64,000 bases of DNA, taken from Haliotis rubra (Eukaryota). The notes beneath the pieces were generated by a model that saw only the letters and a list, made by a program, of their open reading frames with translations, did no database searches and had not been told where the DNA came from. The position numbers were made by a program, and so were the translations under genes. Below, piece by piece: positions 1 to 13,600 of this stretch. The stretch spans positions 930,001 to 994,000 of the forward strand of contig NW_025766984.1 of assembly GCF_003918875.1 (NCBI RefSeq). Direction: 5' to 3'. Each line of letters begins with the position of its first letter. Within the stretch, counting starts at the first letter, position 1.

Positions 1-1067
1 ATTTTCGTTGGATGTTAATTTTCTATGGGTCCTGGGTCCCGATCCACAAACGGTTCGTAACGTTACGTCATATCGTAACTCCATACTTTATAATAGGCTT
101 ACGTATGACATATGTTTATTATCTGTCATTTGCATTTGAATAATATACATTACACATTTGGTTCCCGCTTAAGAAATCTTGTTTGAAGTCATGTCCCGTT
201 TCCTGCATATTCCTCAGGTAGAGTCTCTCAGCGGTTGCTCACTACCGCTGTCTACACGTGCTGTTTGTGTGTGACATGGTCACGTGGCTGTGTGTCCTGC
301 GTGAGACATTGTTTTCTTTGCGCACGATTCCTGCTTGCTGCCCTGTGCGTTACTTAGTGGGTTTCCAACAAGATCAAATGGGATACACAACGAAATGTGC
401 TTATCACGTCCTTCGCAAGTTCCAATCTGGTTTTACAACATGACGTTAAGTAAATGTGTCGATTAACGCCCACTCAGCAATATTTCAGCTATAAGGGAAC
501 GGTTGGTAAAAAGGTCGACAACCCAGTGGTCGACATCAAAGCGGCGTAAAACTAAACTCACTTGCACACTATGAACACAAAGAAATGTAAATGATATGAT
601 GGAGAGGATCGGAAGAAAGGGAAAAACGTGTTTCTGGGCGACAGAGGAGCTTTGTGACCGAGGGTGAGGTCACCTGTAGAGCACATACGTTACGATAATG
701 ACGTTTCTTAAAGACTAACATCGTCGTATTTCAAACACTCGGGGTGACTGCGCGCTGACTTGACCACGTGTAGTCTTTTTGAGGGTTTTCTTCAGAGACA
801 TGGTGAACATATCAAGTAAAGGTTACACACGGCGAAATACCAAGATACCTGTTTGATAACTACACTGACAGAAGTTGTAAGAATCCATGTGTGACGATGT
901 GGCATCAGTGTGTACTACAGAACTCCCTTGAACAACACGTGTAACTGTACCTATCAATGTCGAATTGTTACGGAGACGCGTGCGTGATTGGTCATTAAAC
1001 AAGATAATATGACACTCGTTTCGACAAGTGTTCAGTCGTTAAATACGATGGTTTCAAGGCTGTATTA

Positions 1068-1230
1068 GGGGCGGTGGGGTAGCCTTGTGGTTAAAGCGTT
1101 CGCTCGTCACGCCGAAGACCCGGGTTCGATTCCCCACATGGGTACAGTGTGTAAAGCCCATTTCAGGTGTCTCCCGCCGTGATATTGCTGGATATTGCCG
1201 TGATATTGCTGGAATATTGCTAAACTCACT
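1068..1230 (+). mobile_element. tRNA-derived SINE family A
   Basis: Head GGGGCGGTGGGGTAGCC..GTGGTTAAAGCG..GTCACGCCGAAGACCCGGGTTCGATTCCC (A/B boxes, tRNA-Asp-like), body AAGCCCATTT, tail AAACTCAC. Confidence 0.85.
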
Positions 1231-2595
1231 TCCATACTTAGAGATAGTTTGCCATGGATGCAGTTCTTTGATTTGATCAGTGAACTATGAGACTTTCAAT
1301 ATAGATTAGTCTTGATTTGAGAAGCCGCGAAAATCCGAACTCACTCACTCAAGACTGCATTAAAGTATTTATCTATCTCATTTTTGAGTGTTACCTAGGA
1401 ATATACTAGTTTTTCCTTAAACTACTGACAATATTTTTCATCCTTAGCGTGGGTAAGTGGGTGAGTAGGACGGACTTCAAGAAATGGCTTCACGCAATGT
1501 GGTTACTCGGAGGACCGAGTGGGCGGGTTGGTGGCTGGATGTGATGAGTGAGTGGAAATGGCATCACGCAATGTGGTTACTCGGAGGACCGAGTGTGTGG
1601 GTTGGTGGCTGGATGTGATGAGTGAGTGAGTGAGTGGATGGAACATCTACATCCCGGGGGTCTGTAAATAACCGACTCAAGACAAGATAACCCCTAAGTC
1701 AGTATCATGAGCAACACCAACACTGTCGACAACGACGACAACACGTAGTATCCCTGTCACCCTGTCCACCAATCCACTTTAATTACCTTCCACGAAAAGC
1801 ACCAGACAGCAAGTAACTTACAGTAACCCAAGTTAGCTTGACACGCGCACGTTGTAACCGCTCAACAATTCACACGACTCGGTCGAGACCGCCAGTTTAA
1901 TACCACGTCCTTTATAACAGAAACACATGTCTTGCCAGGTTACTGCAACAGGTGGGTTGATAAAGACGAAGCAAAGATGAAATAATCCCCGCACAATCTC
2001 TTGAGGCGATCAGAGCAAGCGAAGTGAGGAATGGCATTTGTTGTTATTAGGTCAACATTGTTTTTCATTTTTGAAACCAACAGTGTCTGTATTATCAACA
2101 CAAAATAAACAGAGTTAATAAATTTTGTTATCGGTGGTACATACATTTTAGATTTATAATCAGCGATGTGTTACCATAAATATCACAACTATCTGAGAAG
2201 ACAGGGAGTTCATGCCTTGACGTTGTCTGTTTAGCTATGGCGACTGATGCAGTAGACAGTAGTTGGCTGTTCTCTTTAGTTGGGGGAAAGTATCTTTATC
2301 GCAGACAACAGACAAGCCTTGCATTTTATTTGTAAAGCAATACTCTTAAGTTCTTAACTTGTCCCAGAGCCAGACTGATTAGAAAGGAAGCCCTGACCTC
2401 AGCAATTCTACTCTCTCTTGAGAGGCTGAGTGAGTGAGTGCCGCATGGAACATTATTTCAGTTTTATCACGGTGAGTCACCTTGACGTTGAGATGAGGAG
2501 CCCGGAGTGATGGCGACATCTGCTAGCACGGACAAAATGTTGGCCAACCTAGAAAAGTAATCAAGGTTTATATTTTCTCTAAAATCAGAACCAGA

Positions 2596-2601
2596 GTAGT
2601 G

Positions 2602-2647
<46 letters not shown>

Positions 2648-3208
2648 CAGTAGTAGTAGTGGTGTTAGTAGCAGTGGTAGCGGTAGAAGTGGTAGAAGTG
2701 GCAGTGGACAGTGGTAGCAGTAGTTGTAGTAGTAGTAGTAGTAATGGTAGTGGCGGTGGTAGCGGAAGTAGTAGTAGTAGTAGTAGTATGGTAGTGGCGG
2801 TGGTAGTGGAAGAAGTAGTAGTAGTAGCAGTAGAAGAAGTAGGATAAAAAAGTAGCAGTGTCAGTTGTAGCGTTAGTAGTAGTAGTAGTAGCGGCTGTTG
2901 CAGTTGCAGTGGTAGTGGTAGTAGTACTAGTAGTGGTAGTAGTAGGATACTAGTAAAAGTAGTGGTGGTGATAGTGGCANNNNNNNNNNNNNNNNNNNNN
3001 NNNNNNNNNNNNNNNNNNNNNNNNNNNNNNNNNNNNNNNNNNNNNNNNNNNNNNNNNNNNNNNNNNNNNNNNNNNNNNNNNNNNNNNNNNNNNNNNNNNN
3101 NNNNNNNNNNNNNNNNNNNNNNNNNNNNNNNNNNNGATATAGAGACTGGCAAATCGGTAGTAGTAGTAGTAATCCCACTCTCCTACCCAGAGTTCCAGTA
3201 GTAGTAGC
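2596..3208. repeat. (GTA)n/(GTR)n compound microsatellite containing an assembly gap (N 2980-3135)
   Basis: Direct inspection. Confidence 0.95.
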
Positions 3209-4944
3209 AATGTCCATTCAATATAATGTACGCGCCACTCTAACATTAAGATGGGTTATGCCGGTTGTAGGATCCTTTGTTAGGAGTACGTCAGGTATGT
3301 CAAGACGTTCCCGTATAGAGACTGGCAAATCGGTAAATGTTGTCAGTCTCATCTGTTTATCACATGGTGAATCCATGGAGCGTGTGGCTGGTACGGTAAG
3401 GGACACTACTCTAGGCCCCTGTACCACCCCTGTCGGTAGTGGTACTTGTAAAACAAAGTAGGTTGTTTGTTCTTTAAAGTCACATTCAAGTCGACATTCA
3501 TGGCAGCAGCAATAGGCCAGCAATAGGTCAGCAATAGTGAGGCTGCATGGCAGCAGCAATGGTCTAGCTCTATGCAGCAACAAAAGGTAGAAGTGCAACT
3601 ATGTGGAGTCAGAGTTAATACAGGCCCCTAGAAACCGTTGTCAGTCATACGATCTGGGCTCAAAGTCGGGAGTGGTGTGGTGGAGTAATTTACGGAGACG
3701 TGGTGAGACGTTGCTCATAACATCAGCCATTCGTTTTTGTCGGGTCTAATTTAGGTCTGCCGTCATCTAGCTGGAATACTGCTGAACAACAAACATGATA
3801 ATTATCAATTGATGATACGAGTGCTTGAACACTGTGGCAAATGATATTCGGACTAAGTATAGCCTGAGGGTCAGGGTTAGAACTAGTCCCAGTAACACTA
3901 TGATGCTATCGTAAGAGGCAACCAGATGGATCGGGTGGTCAGGCTCGGGGACCTGGCTGATAGGATTCCATCATATCTTAACTGCGTGGAGATACTCATG
4001 ATATCGATCACTAAATAAACACCAAATAAACTGACGTACAAATTTGCAAATCAAATTAGGTTGTTCCGGGTATTTAGGCTCAGGTCGTCGTGTAGGTTTA
4101 TTTGCTGTGTTTTAAGATGGATGTGCCTGGTGCATGTTAAAGTTGACTATTATATCACTTTCCAGTACATATTTTTCATTTAACATTTAATATTTATACA
4201 TAATGGAGGCCGGTTCAGAAATATATCACTAAAGATTGAGCAAGTGATTCTTGACGGAAGTTCTATGTTGGAGAAAATGTTGATGTTCATTAAAAATGGT
4301 ATAAACAAATCGTGTTAATTCTGAGGCCTCTGGGATCAGGATATTTCGCAACTACTTATTTCCTGGTAAAATATACAAAACTGTCGTTATAGGAGACAGT
4401 TGATGTATTATCGGATTAATTTATTTTTTCATAATAATGACTAGTTGACTGAATTGACATGAATCTGTGGCTTTTCAATTTTCATTTTTATGTACTTCAT
4501 GTACATTTTGTCATGTAACGTCGAATACCGTCACTGCGATCTGTTATGTGTAGCACTTGAACAACACAAGCCAGTGATTGTTATTGTAAGCAACGATTAT
4601 GACATGACATGATATCGGCCAAGACAATATGTATGTACATGTATATTGTATTGTACATTATCCTGCCTCAATTATATCTCTCCGATGCCTTCTTGGTGTA
4701 TATGTGTATATAATGTTTTTCCAGTTCACTCATGTACCACCGTTGGTGGAAGTTGAGAAAATAAAAACCTTCGAACCTTCGAACAATGATCCATTAAGTT
4801 GTCTTACAGCACAGATTGGTGAGGAGCTCGTGAGAGGCAACTAACGGTATCGGTGTGAGCTCGCTGACTTGGCTTATGCATGCCATGTTTCCCAGTTGAG
4901 TAGATCGATGGTGTCAATAAACAAAAGTTCACCGTTGGAGTGTG

Positions 4945-5060
4945 TGAGTGAGTGAGTTTCCAGCAATATCACGGCAGGGACCACCAGAAAGGGGCTTCAC
5001 ACAATGCACTCATGTGGGGAGTCGAACTCGGGTCTTTGGTGTAACCACTTGGCTACCTTG
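4945..5060 (-). mobile_element. SINE family A, degenerate copy
   Basis: CAGCAATATCACGGC..ACCAGAAAGGGGCTTCACACAATG core. Confidence 0.7.
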
Positions 5061-6329
5061 GCGACCTCACCGAGGGAAGAATAGCCTACGGTTTGTCGAC
5101 TCATGCTACAGAGTAGCCAAACAGCAACGTCCTGGCCACTGATGGCAACATGGGACGCCACAGACAAATAATGTAGAAACATGTTGTTATTATGAATAAA
5201 AACAATCGGAGAAATGTAAATTCCTGATTGGCTTTAAAACATGAAACGACTAAAATGTATGATAGACAACTTTCCATCATCCCGATGGTTATCCGTGTAT
5301 ATAGTAGATAAAGAATATCCGTGAGTGATACGATCGATTGAACGGTGATTCTGATCGAACGAATCTGAAATAATTTGTGTTGCCACATTCACCTATATTT
5401 CAGCAATATCACGGCAGCCTTATAAAATACCGAGTCTGGACCAGGCAATCCAGTGATTGGCAATCACCAATAATCGAGCCTGTGTATAATAAAGACTGGG
5501 TTGAACAAACCAATGGTTGATACCATAAGCATGTCGATGTACTGTGCCACACAAACAGGTCACAGGGAGACTGACCATTAGACATCTATTTCAATCGACT
5601 GTTACAAGCATATTTACTGCGAACCTACTCTGGCCTGCGCCGGGAAGTCACGATCTTAATCTGGATACGCTGATGTTGTTTTGGTAATATACTGTAAACG
5701 TGTACACAAAAACAGTGGATGCTGGAGCACAGGTGTGGTTGCAGCTCTGTGGTCATGGTCGGGGAAGAAAGTGCACCTGGAGACGAGAGTAACATGAAAG
5801 GGCTTCAAAGCAGCTTCAAAGGGGTTGTAGGCACGGCCTATACCGTATTGGAAAGGGGGTAATGAATTAATGATGTGAAGTAAAGTTGTAAATCTAGTTT
5901 TGATACGGAAATGTCAACAACCTGTCCAATGCCTGGGTCTTCCATCACCAAGTGCGCGGTTTGGAAAGCGTTCGAGCTTAACGGAGATTAGCTTAACAGG
6001 TTGATTGAGGGGATGGAGAGCGGACATTTAGAGTTAAATGGCATTCTATGGATGAAACAACGAGGGGAATTCTATGGATGTACAAGTTGGTGTGATTAAA
6101 CGGTCCCCGAAGTTGTATATCCATATATCCATATATTACTCTCCTCGTTGTTTTATCAGAGAATACTAAAAATATTGGGGGGTTCCATAGGGGTGAAAGC
6201 ATATCTAGTATATTTTACGACGCTTCTTTCTCGATGTTAGCGTATCGCTCTCTCGCACGAACGTAGGCACTAACAAACAAATAAACAAAGCCACGATTGA
6301 CTTGCATCGAGTAAGTACACTAAGTTATC

Positions 6330-9080
6330 CCGTACCGCACGTCTTCAAGGTTTCAACAATTTCCCTAAAACCATATTGGAAAACAGAAAAACTAAATCAA
6401 ACTGCAAAGATGATATTTAAATGTATAGTCGAAAACTCTGGGTCACAATGTGGGTTGAGAATGGGACAGTACGTGACAGAAAATAATGTGTTTTATGCTA
6501 ACATACTATAGAAGCTAAACGTATCTTTAGAAAAAAGACACCGTCAATGTAAGCAAAGTCTCATAGATGATAGACTGAAAGAAATCCATCAGGCAGCGGA
6601 AATAGACGTACATGAATATTTTAAGCTTACAAATAGGTATAAACGAGCAGCAGGTCTAGTAACCAGTATAGTATACAAATATCATGCAGGCAATAATGCA
6701 GAAAATATCTGTAACACTTTTGGTCAATACTTCAAGGATCTATCTGTACCAAACTTGGAAAGTAGCTTTGATAATCACTTTGCTGGAGAAATTGAGCGCT
6801 GAATACCAAATATTGAATGTCTTGAGAAAAGTACAAATATATGTGAAGGAGACATGTATTCACCGCTGAATGAACTATTCACTCTCAGCGAGATTATAGC
6901 CGTCCTCTAAAGGCTACAAAATAACAAAGCCCCAGGGCCCGATGGACTCGCTAATGAACATGTCAAGTTGGCAGGTAGTTCCCTCATAAAGCATATCATG
7001 ATATTGTTCAACAATATCATCACATACGAGTACATTCCACTAGCTTTTAATGTTGGCCACATTCTGTCCCTGCATAAAGGCCACTGTAAAAGTAAAGCTG
7101 ACCTCTCCAACTACAGGGGAATAACATTAACGTCGATTCTCAGTAAACTGTTTGAAAGATTGCTCCTTAACAGAATTGAAAAGTGGACAGCTGAAAATAT
7201 AACGTTTCTCACACAACTTCCAAGTTGGCTTTAGAAATGACATCAGTGCTGAGACAGCAGCTCTCACACTTGTAGAAAGTATTGCATACTATGACGAAAA
7301 AGATTCACCTGTCTACTGTGCTTTCCTTGATAACGAGAAAGCATTTGACCGTGTTTGGCTTGACTGTTTATTCTACAAACTCTACAATCTTGGAATTACT
7401 GGAAAACTCTGGCGGATACTACGCCTATCTTATAGTTCAATGCATTCATGTGTAAGTTTCGCTGGTTTTAAGTCCGATCTATTTCACATTAGACAAAGTG
7501 TGGGCCAAGGTCGTGTTTTGTCTGCCTGGCTATTTTCTCTCTATATATATAAATGATCTACTACATGAACTAAATGATACTGGCTGCGGTCTGTGTCTCC
7601 CTTGGGGGAAATGCCCAGGAATACTGCTAGCCGATGACACAACGTTGCTCACCAATAATCCAACAGATCTCCAAAGACTGTTGAAGGTGACTGAACTATA
7701 TTCAAATAAGTGGCAGCTAAAATACAATGTTGGTGAAAGCGCTACTGTAACCTTTGGACGTAGCAATGCATCCCTACCTGCTAACCTGTATCTTGGAGAA
7801 ACTAATCTCCCTATTAAATGGTCTGGAGTTTATGCTGGATCATTACTACTAAGTGTTCTATGGAGAGAACAAAACTTGTTTGTGAATAGCTACGAAAATT
7901 GATAAATGTGAACTATGACTCTGGCCTCTACTTTGGCGGTTTGAATCCTCTAGTGGCTGTACGTATTTGGAATCGAGTGATTCTACCTTGCGGTTTGTAT
8001 GGATGTACAGTTTGGGGCAAATTGTCCCTTAAAGAATATGAAATGCTAGAAATCATCCAGCGCTACTTCTGTAAGAAATTCCAAGGAGATACAGTCGGGA
8101 TAACATCCTAACAAGGATATATAGATCAACAAAGCCTCTTACTCCTTGGTAAACTCTGTAATGCTAATACAAGATACAGCTTTAAACAAATGTTTTTAGC
8201 CCGCCTTGGCCAATACCACTGCAAAGAATCACTGATATACAAGAATAAGTTTAATATGATATCACCTGTTTTAACATGTTACGGCTTGTTTCCAAACACA
8301 ATCTGCTTAGTAAAATCCATAACTACATTTGTGATTCTAAGTTTATGAAGAAAAATGCTTGGTCGCAACTAGTCAAATATAAGGTAACTACATATGATCA
8401 AATGCAGTTGGTAAATGTACTGCAGACAAGGTGTCTCTCTCCAGATATCTAACAATAAGATCAGGACGAGAATATAGACTATGGATACTCGCTTTAGAGC
8501 GACCTCAGAACTTCACTGACATTGCGAGAATGATAAGGCTTGGTGCAACTCCAATAGAATCAAAGGAATGTCTATGCGGAACAGTTGCTCACGACATTAT
8601 GAAACATGTTTTGTCATGCCAGTATAACCCATTCTCTTCCCACAGAGGTTACTCCTGTCATATCTTCCTACGTAACGTAAGATATGACAAGTAACCTCTG
8701 TGGGAAGAGAATGGTATAACTTAGTAGAAAGGAATTCTCTATTTGAAAGAATCTGTGACATTCTTGACATAGACATTTTTGTTAAAATGTGGATGGAAGA
8801 GGATGATGTATTCCTGTCATTCCTCCTCGGAGGTATACCTGACCACTGTAAAGATGTACTGGACTATAATGTTTGGTCAGAACTGATGGTAATGATTAGT
8901 TTCTCTGTTCGCAGTTGTAGAGGATACTCCGGCAATGTTCATAAATACCTTCAGTTCTTTCACAATTGAATATTACTGTATAATATAAGTACTAATAGTT
9001 AGAACCTTTTCTGTACTGTTGTTTATCACACAAATGTAATCTTCATTTTATGGAGGAAATAAAGAATATCTATCTATCTG
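6330..9080 (+). mobile_element. 5'-truncated, decayed non-LTR retrotransposon (LINE ORF2 reverse transcriptase; RTEX/CR1-like group)
   Basis: Frameshifted pieces with RT motifs KAPGPDGL, YRGITLTSILSKLFE, LDNEKAFDRVW, VGQG..LS..LF, LADD and a C-terminal Cys/His stretch (CLCG..HVLSC). Ends in AATAAA followed by a (TATC)n tail at ~9058-9079. Confidence 0.88.
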
Positions 9081-10626
9081 TACATTACTTACTGATAAGT
9101 CATAGCTAAAATAGGCCAGTTACAATCTATCTTTGCAGATTTGTATCCAACAAAAACATAACAAAAGACATTGTTCCATTTGAAAATACTATTTATTATC
9201 AACACAGACTTTATATACACATGGTAAATAAATAGTATACATGTACAACATGAGTTATCACACAATGATGATGAAGATGATGATGACAATAATGACGATC
9301 CTGACTTTGATTTCATTCGGTGGGACTAAATCAAAACTTCTTCAAAGAAATGTTGAATTGAGTCTATTCAACGGAAACATTCCCTCCCATTCAAGATCAT
9401 CCCTGACTGATGCCCAAATCAAATTCACACTTCTTGGGTCCCTGAAAGGGAAATTTCTGAGATCCAATTTACACATAAAATCAGTCGTTCTGATAAATGT
9501 CACATGTAAATGCTAGTAATGTCCATAACATATCTTGAATGATTCCCGAAACAACAACAACAAATACTATGACATCCTTCTGATCTTGGCATAAAATAGT
9601 ACAATGTATCTCTGAGACTAGTCAAAATCTACAATACATCTGTAGATTTATGAAGCCACATGAACCAGATAGATCAACTCCTTGACTGGGGTCACCATAA
9701 CATCACATCTGAATTATATTCTTAACTAACAACATATTCCACATACAGAGAGCACCTGTAACAGTGTGAACCTCAACATCCACTTGTTAAATGTTGACAT
9801 CATTACAAATTGTTTAACCCAGTAACTCTGCCAGTCTAGAAACATGTACCAGGATTCACAACCTGACTCACAGAAAGTGTACATGAAAATGTACATGTTT
9901 CATATTAATCTTGCTATATTTAACCTGACTGACAAAGCAAGTAACTGAAATGCCCAGTATGTTTCAGTCAACTTTATACCTCACTTTTGTTTTTTGATAG
10001 AAATAACAAGCATCTCAGTTAAATGTTTTATTTAAGAGTTTTAGCAATCACAGCATTCATAACTGTACTGAGTACATGGAATACACCATTAACACTGATC
10101 CAGCCAGTAACATGTAACATTGTTACATAGTGTGTAACCAGTGCACTGCATATGTATCAGTTCCACAAAACAATAAGAAGGTAAATGAGACAAGCATCAC
10201 TTCAAAGCAAATTACAACCAAATGCTGATCTTTGCATAAGCTTAAAATATTTAATATATCTTATCCACTCAACTTTTGACAGGGATGTTATAATATTTTT
10301 CTTGATTTCATTTCTCGTAATATGTATATAGAAATATGAAGTTTATCCCCATCGAAAGTTGAGGAGTATATATGATGCTCTGCAGGTACTAGTGGTGGCG
10401 AGACACACCTATCTTCTAAAACCAATGACCTCTTTCACTGAACCATCTCATCACTATGGTTTAATTTCTAAATACTTATGATAGCTGAAGCATTAAGATC
10501 ACTTTGTGGCCAGGATCAGCCAGAATCAGCTGGGATCAGACAGGCTCCACTGCCAGATGATAATCACGGGTCCATGCAACGTCCTGTTGATCAGACACAA
10601 CACATCTCTGGCAGCAGCTGGAACAT

Positions 10627-13600
10627 CTACTGCAACTTCTTCTTGCCCTCCTGTTTGGCACAGTATTCCTTGTACTGTGAGTCAGTGCCGAAAATCTTGT
10701 CCCACCACGTAAACGTTGAGCCGTAGTTACCGACGAAGTTCTTATGGTGGAAGTCGTGAAACTTGGCACCTGACAAAAAGGCAAAGTAATTCTGTAAGCT
10801 GCTTGTGAGGGGAAGATTACTACCTATAGTCTGTTTGCATTGAAAAAGTACCGATTAAAGTCAATTTAAACAAAAAAGTAAATTGAATAAGATGAAATTA
10901 AGATTGCGAATCCTCATAATTTTACCTTGCCAAATGAACATTTAAATCTAAAAGTTGTTTAACAAACGATCATAGTTTCAAAATCGCTATTATTGGTTTG
11001 TATGACAAGGTTGTATGCACATCAAATGAAACACCGAGAACAAGTAGAGTTGGTCTAAGTTAACGTTCATCACGAACCGCACATGCATTTGTTTCACTGT
11101 TCCATCTACTGCGCTCACTGAGATTTAAATGTTCAGTTGGCAAGGCAAATTTATGAGGATTCGCAGTCTTAATTTCACTTTATTTGATTTACTTTTTTGT
11201 TTAAAGTGAAATTCATCGGTACGTTTTCACTGCAAACAGACTATAACACACCATTAACACTTGATGCAATCTGCAGAAAATCACAATGTGTATGCATGCA
11301 TGTGCATGTTGTGTTACACCACACTCAGTAATAATTAAGCTATAGCCAAGATGGCTGAACCACTCAATCTAGTGACTGATAGCATGAGCAATAATCCAAG
11401 GTACTGTCCCATGCAATGAAACATGTCACCAAACCTGTCCTCCCAGTCCATATCATCACCACTTATGACCATCCTTGGCTGCATGAACCAATTCTACCCA
11501 GAATCCCCACCAGTTGGTTGTGATGAGTTTATTCTTAATGCCTCCCACAAACCCTTGTTAACTATGTTCGAAGTCTCACTTTCTTCACAGATACTACTGA
11601 TGTTTGCTCACCTGCGTAGAAGGGGAAGAGGTGGAAGGGGTTGAGGTAGGGGAGGTAGTAGCCACTGTGGACGTCGATGGTCTCCATCAGCCTGACTGTC
11701 ACCCACGCCCACATAAACACCATATGGTTGGTGAAGGTCAAGACTCCAATGAAGAACCCAAATCCAAGAACTGAAATGTGACATAAATTCTATCTTTTAT
11801 TCCTTTCACGATTCAGCAATGGCTGAAATCCCATGATGAAGTGTGGATGAAACAGAAGAGCAACACACAGCACTTCATCAGTGTAATGTCAGGTTTGGTT
11901 TGTTTGCACTCAGCAATATTCCAGCTATATGGCGGCGGTCTGTCGAGTCAGGACCAGAGAATCACATGATCAACAACATCAGCATCAATTTCCGCTGTTG
12001 GGATACAATAACATGTGTCAACCAAGTCAGCAGGCCTGACCACCCGATCCCGTTAGTTGCCTCTTTTGCTAAGCATGGGTTGCTGAAGATGAATTCTAAC
12101 CTGGATCTTCAAGGATCAGAGATATTTCTTCACTCTCTAAGTACATTACAAAGAAAGAACAGTTATCAGCAAGATCTGTTCACCTCTTAATGATGAGTTA
12201 GTAAATATTTCAGGCCTTATATATTTTAGTGGTTTCTGCGACCCATCAAAAACAAATGTATAGTCCTGGTCGGCAATTACATTACTGACGCTTGATAACC
12301 AACGAAGTCTTACAAGATACAGTGTCAGAATCCAGCACTATTCCAGTTGTGTACTTACTTATTGTCTCCAGTGGGTGTGCGTATTCAGCAGTCATTCCAA
12401 ACGGAGTCTGGGGACAGACAGGACATTCTCATGACGTCTATAGGAACTGTGGTATTAGTCAGGCTTTACAATTATGTTGTCAGAAAATAACAAGCATATT
12501 TATGTGCACTTGTTCCTTCAATGGCACTCTCTTTGAATTGACATATAATTATGATGGCGGTGTGTGAATATTCAAGTCTGCACAATGCAATCCAATGACT
12601 GATGTACGTGTCGATCCACACAATTAAATTCAATAAAATTCATCCATGATCAGTGGATGACTAACCATAGCCAAATAATCCTGAACCAATTACAGAAAAT
12701 ATGATTCATTTGGAGAACAATCTTGACAAAGTCATCTCCATATAAGTTACCATATTCCCCACAATAAACACCCTGGGATTTTAGAAAATTTCCAGATCTT
12801 AGATCTAGCTCTGTCTCTTTCATGTTTGCAAGGAGCACTGTGTTAATTACCAGTCTCACCTGGAAGTAATGATGAACTTTGTGGATGTACTTGTACACCC
12901 TTCTGTCATGGAGGGCCCAGTGAAGGAAGAAGTGCCAGGTGTCCTCAATGACAGCGCAGCCGAAACAACGCAGCGCCAGATTCCACCTGAAGCATCAAGT
13001 TCAACTCACTGCTCATTTCTGCCATCCTGGGTAAAAAATATGCCCCAGTCCTCCACAACTGGAGTGTAATAACACACTACCAACCGACTATGACCAACTA
13101 TGTCATACTAACTACATAGTTAATACTATTTTCTTTCAAGATGATTGCCCTCCCAAATACAGCTCTTCCAAGACTATGAAAAGTGAGTTATCAATAATAT
13201 CGCATATTAACTTTTCCGACAGAAACACGTGTAAATTTTCTCACACAACATACAAATTTAGGACTTTATTCATGGTCTGCTTCGAAATTATGTTCAGCAA
13301 AGCTCCAGATAAGATTTAGCTCATGTGGGTACTGTACCCACAGTATTTTTTTTGAGTGGGTATTATGAATGTTGAGTGGGTATTTCATTTTCCGTTACCC
13401 ACTGCTTTCAAATATGTGCGTATTTCAGTCATTTTACTCACCTAAGGTATGTTCTGCCTTATGTCATACCTAATCAAAACCAACTTAAATATAATGGAAA
13501 TGATTTCATAAAAAATCACTCATCCTATACTGACAGTACAACATTTGTCCAATACTAACAGTACAACTTGATAGCAATCGATGTCTTTTTCATTACGCAA

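Noticed and set aside
1068-1140. tRNA-Asp-like gene (also at the other SINE A heads)
   Set aside because: There is no acceptor stem, and the head is fused to a constant body and tail with TSDs, so these are SINE heads.
2568-3246. Poly-Val/Thr/Leu ORFs
   Set aside because: They are translations of a trinucleotide microsatellite and an N gap.
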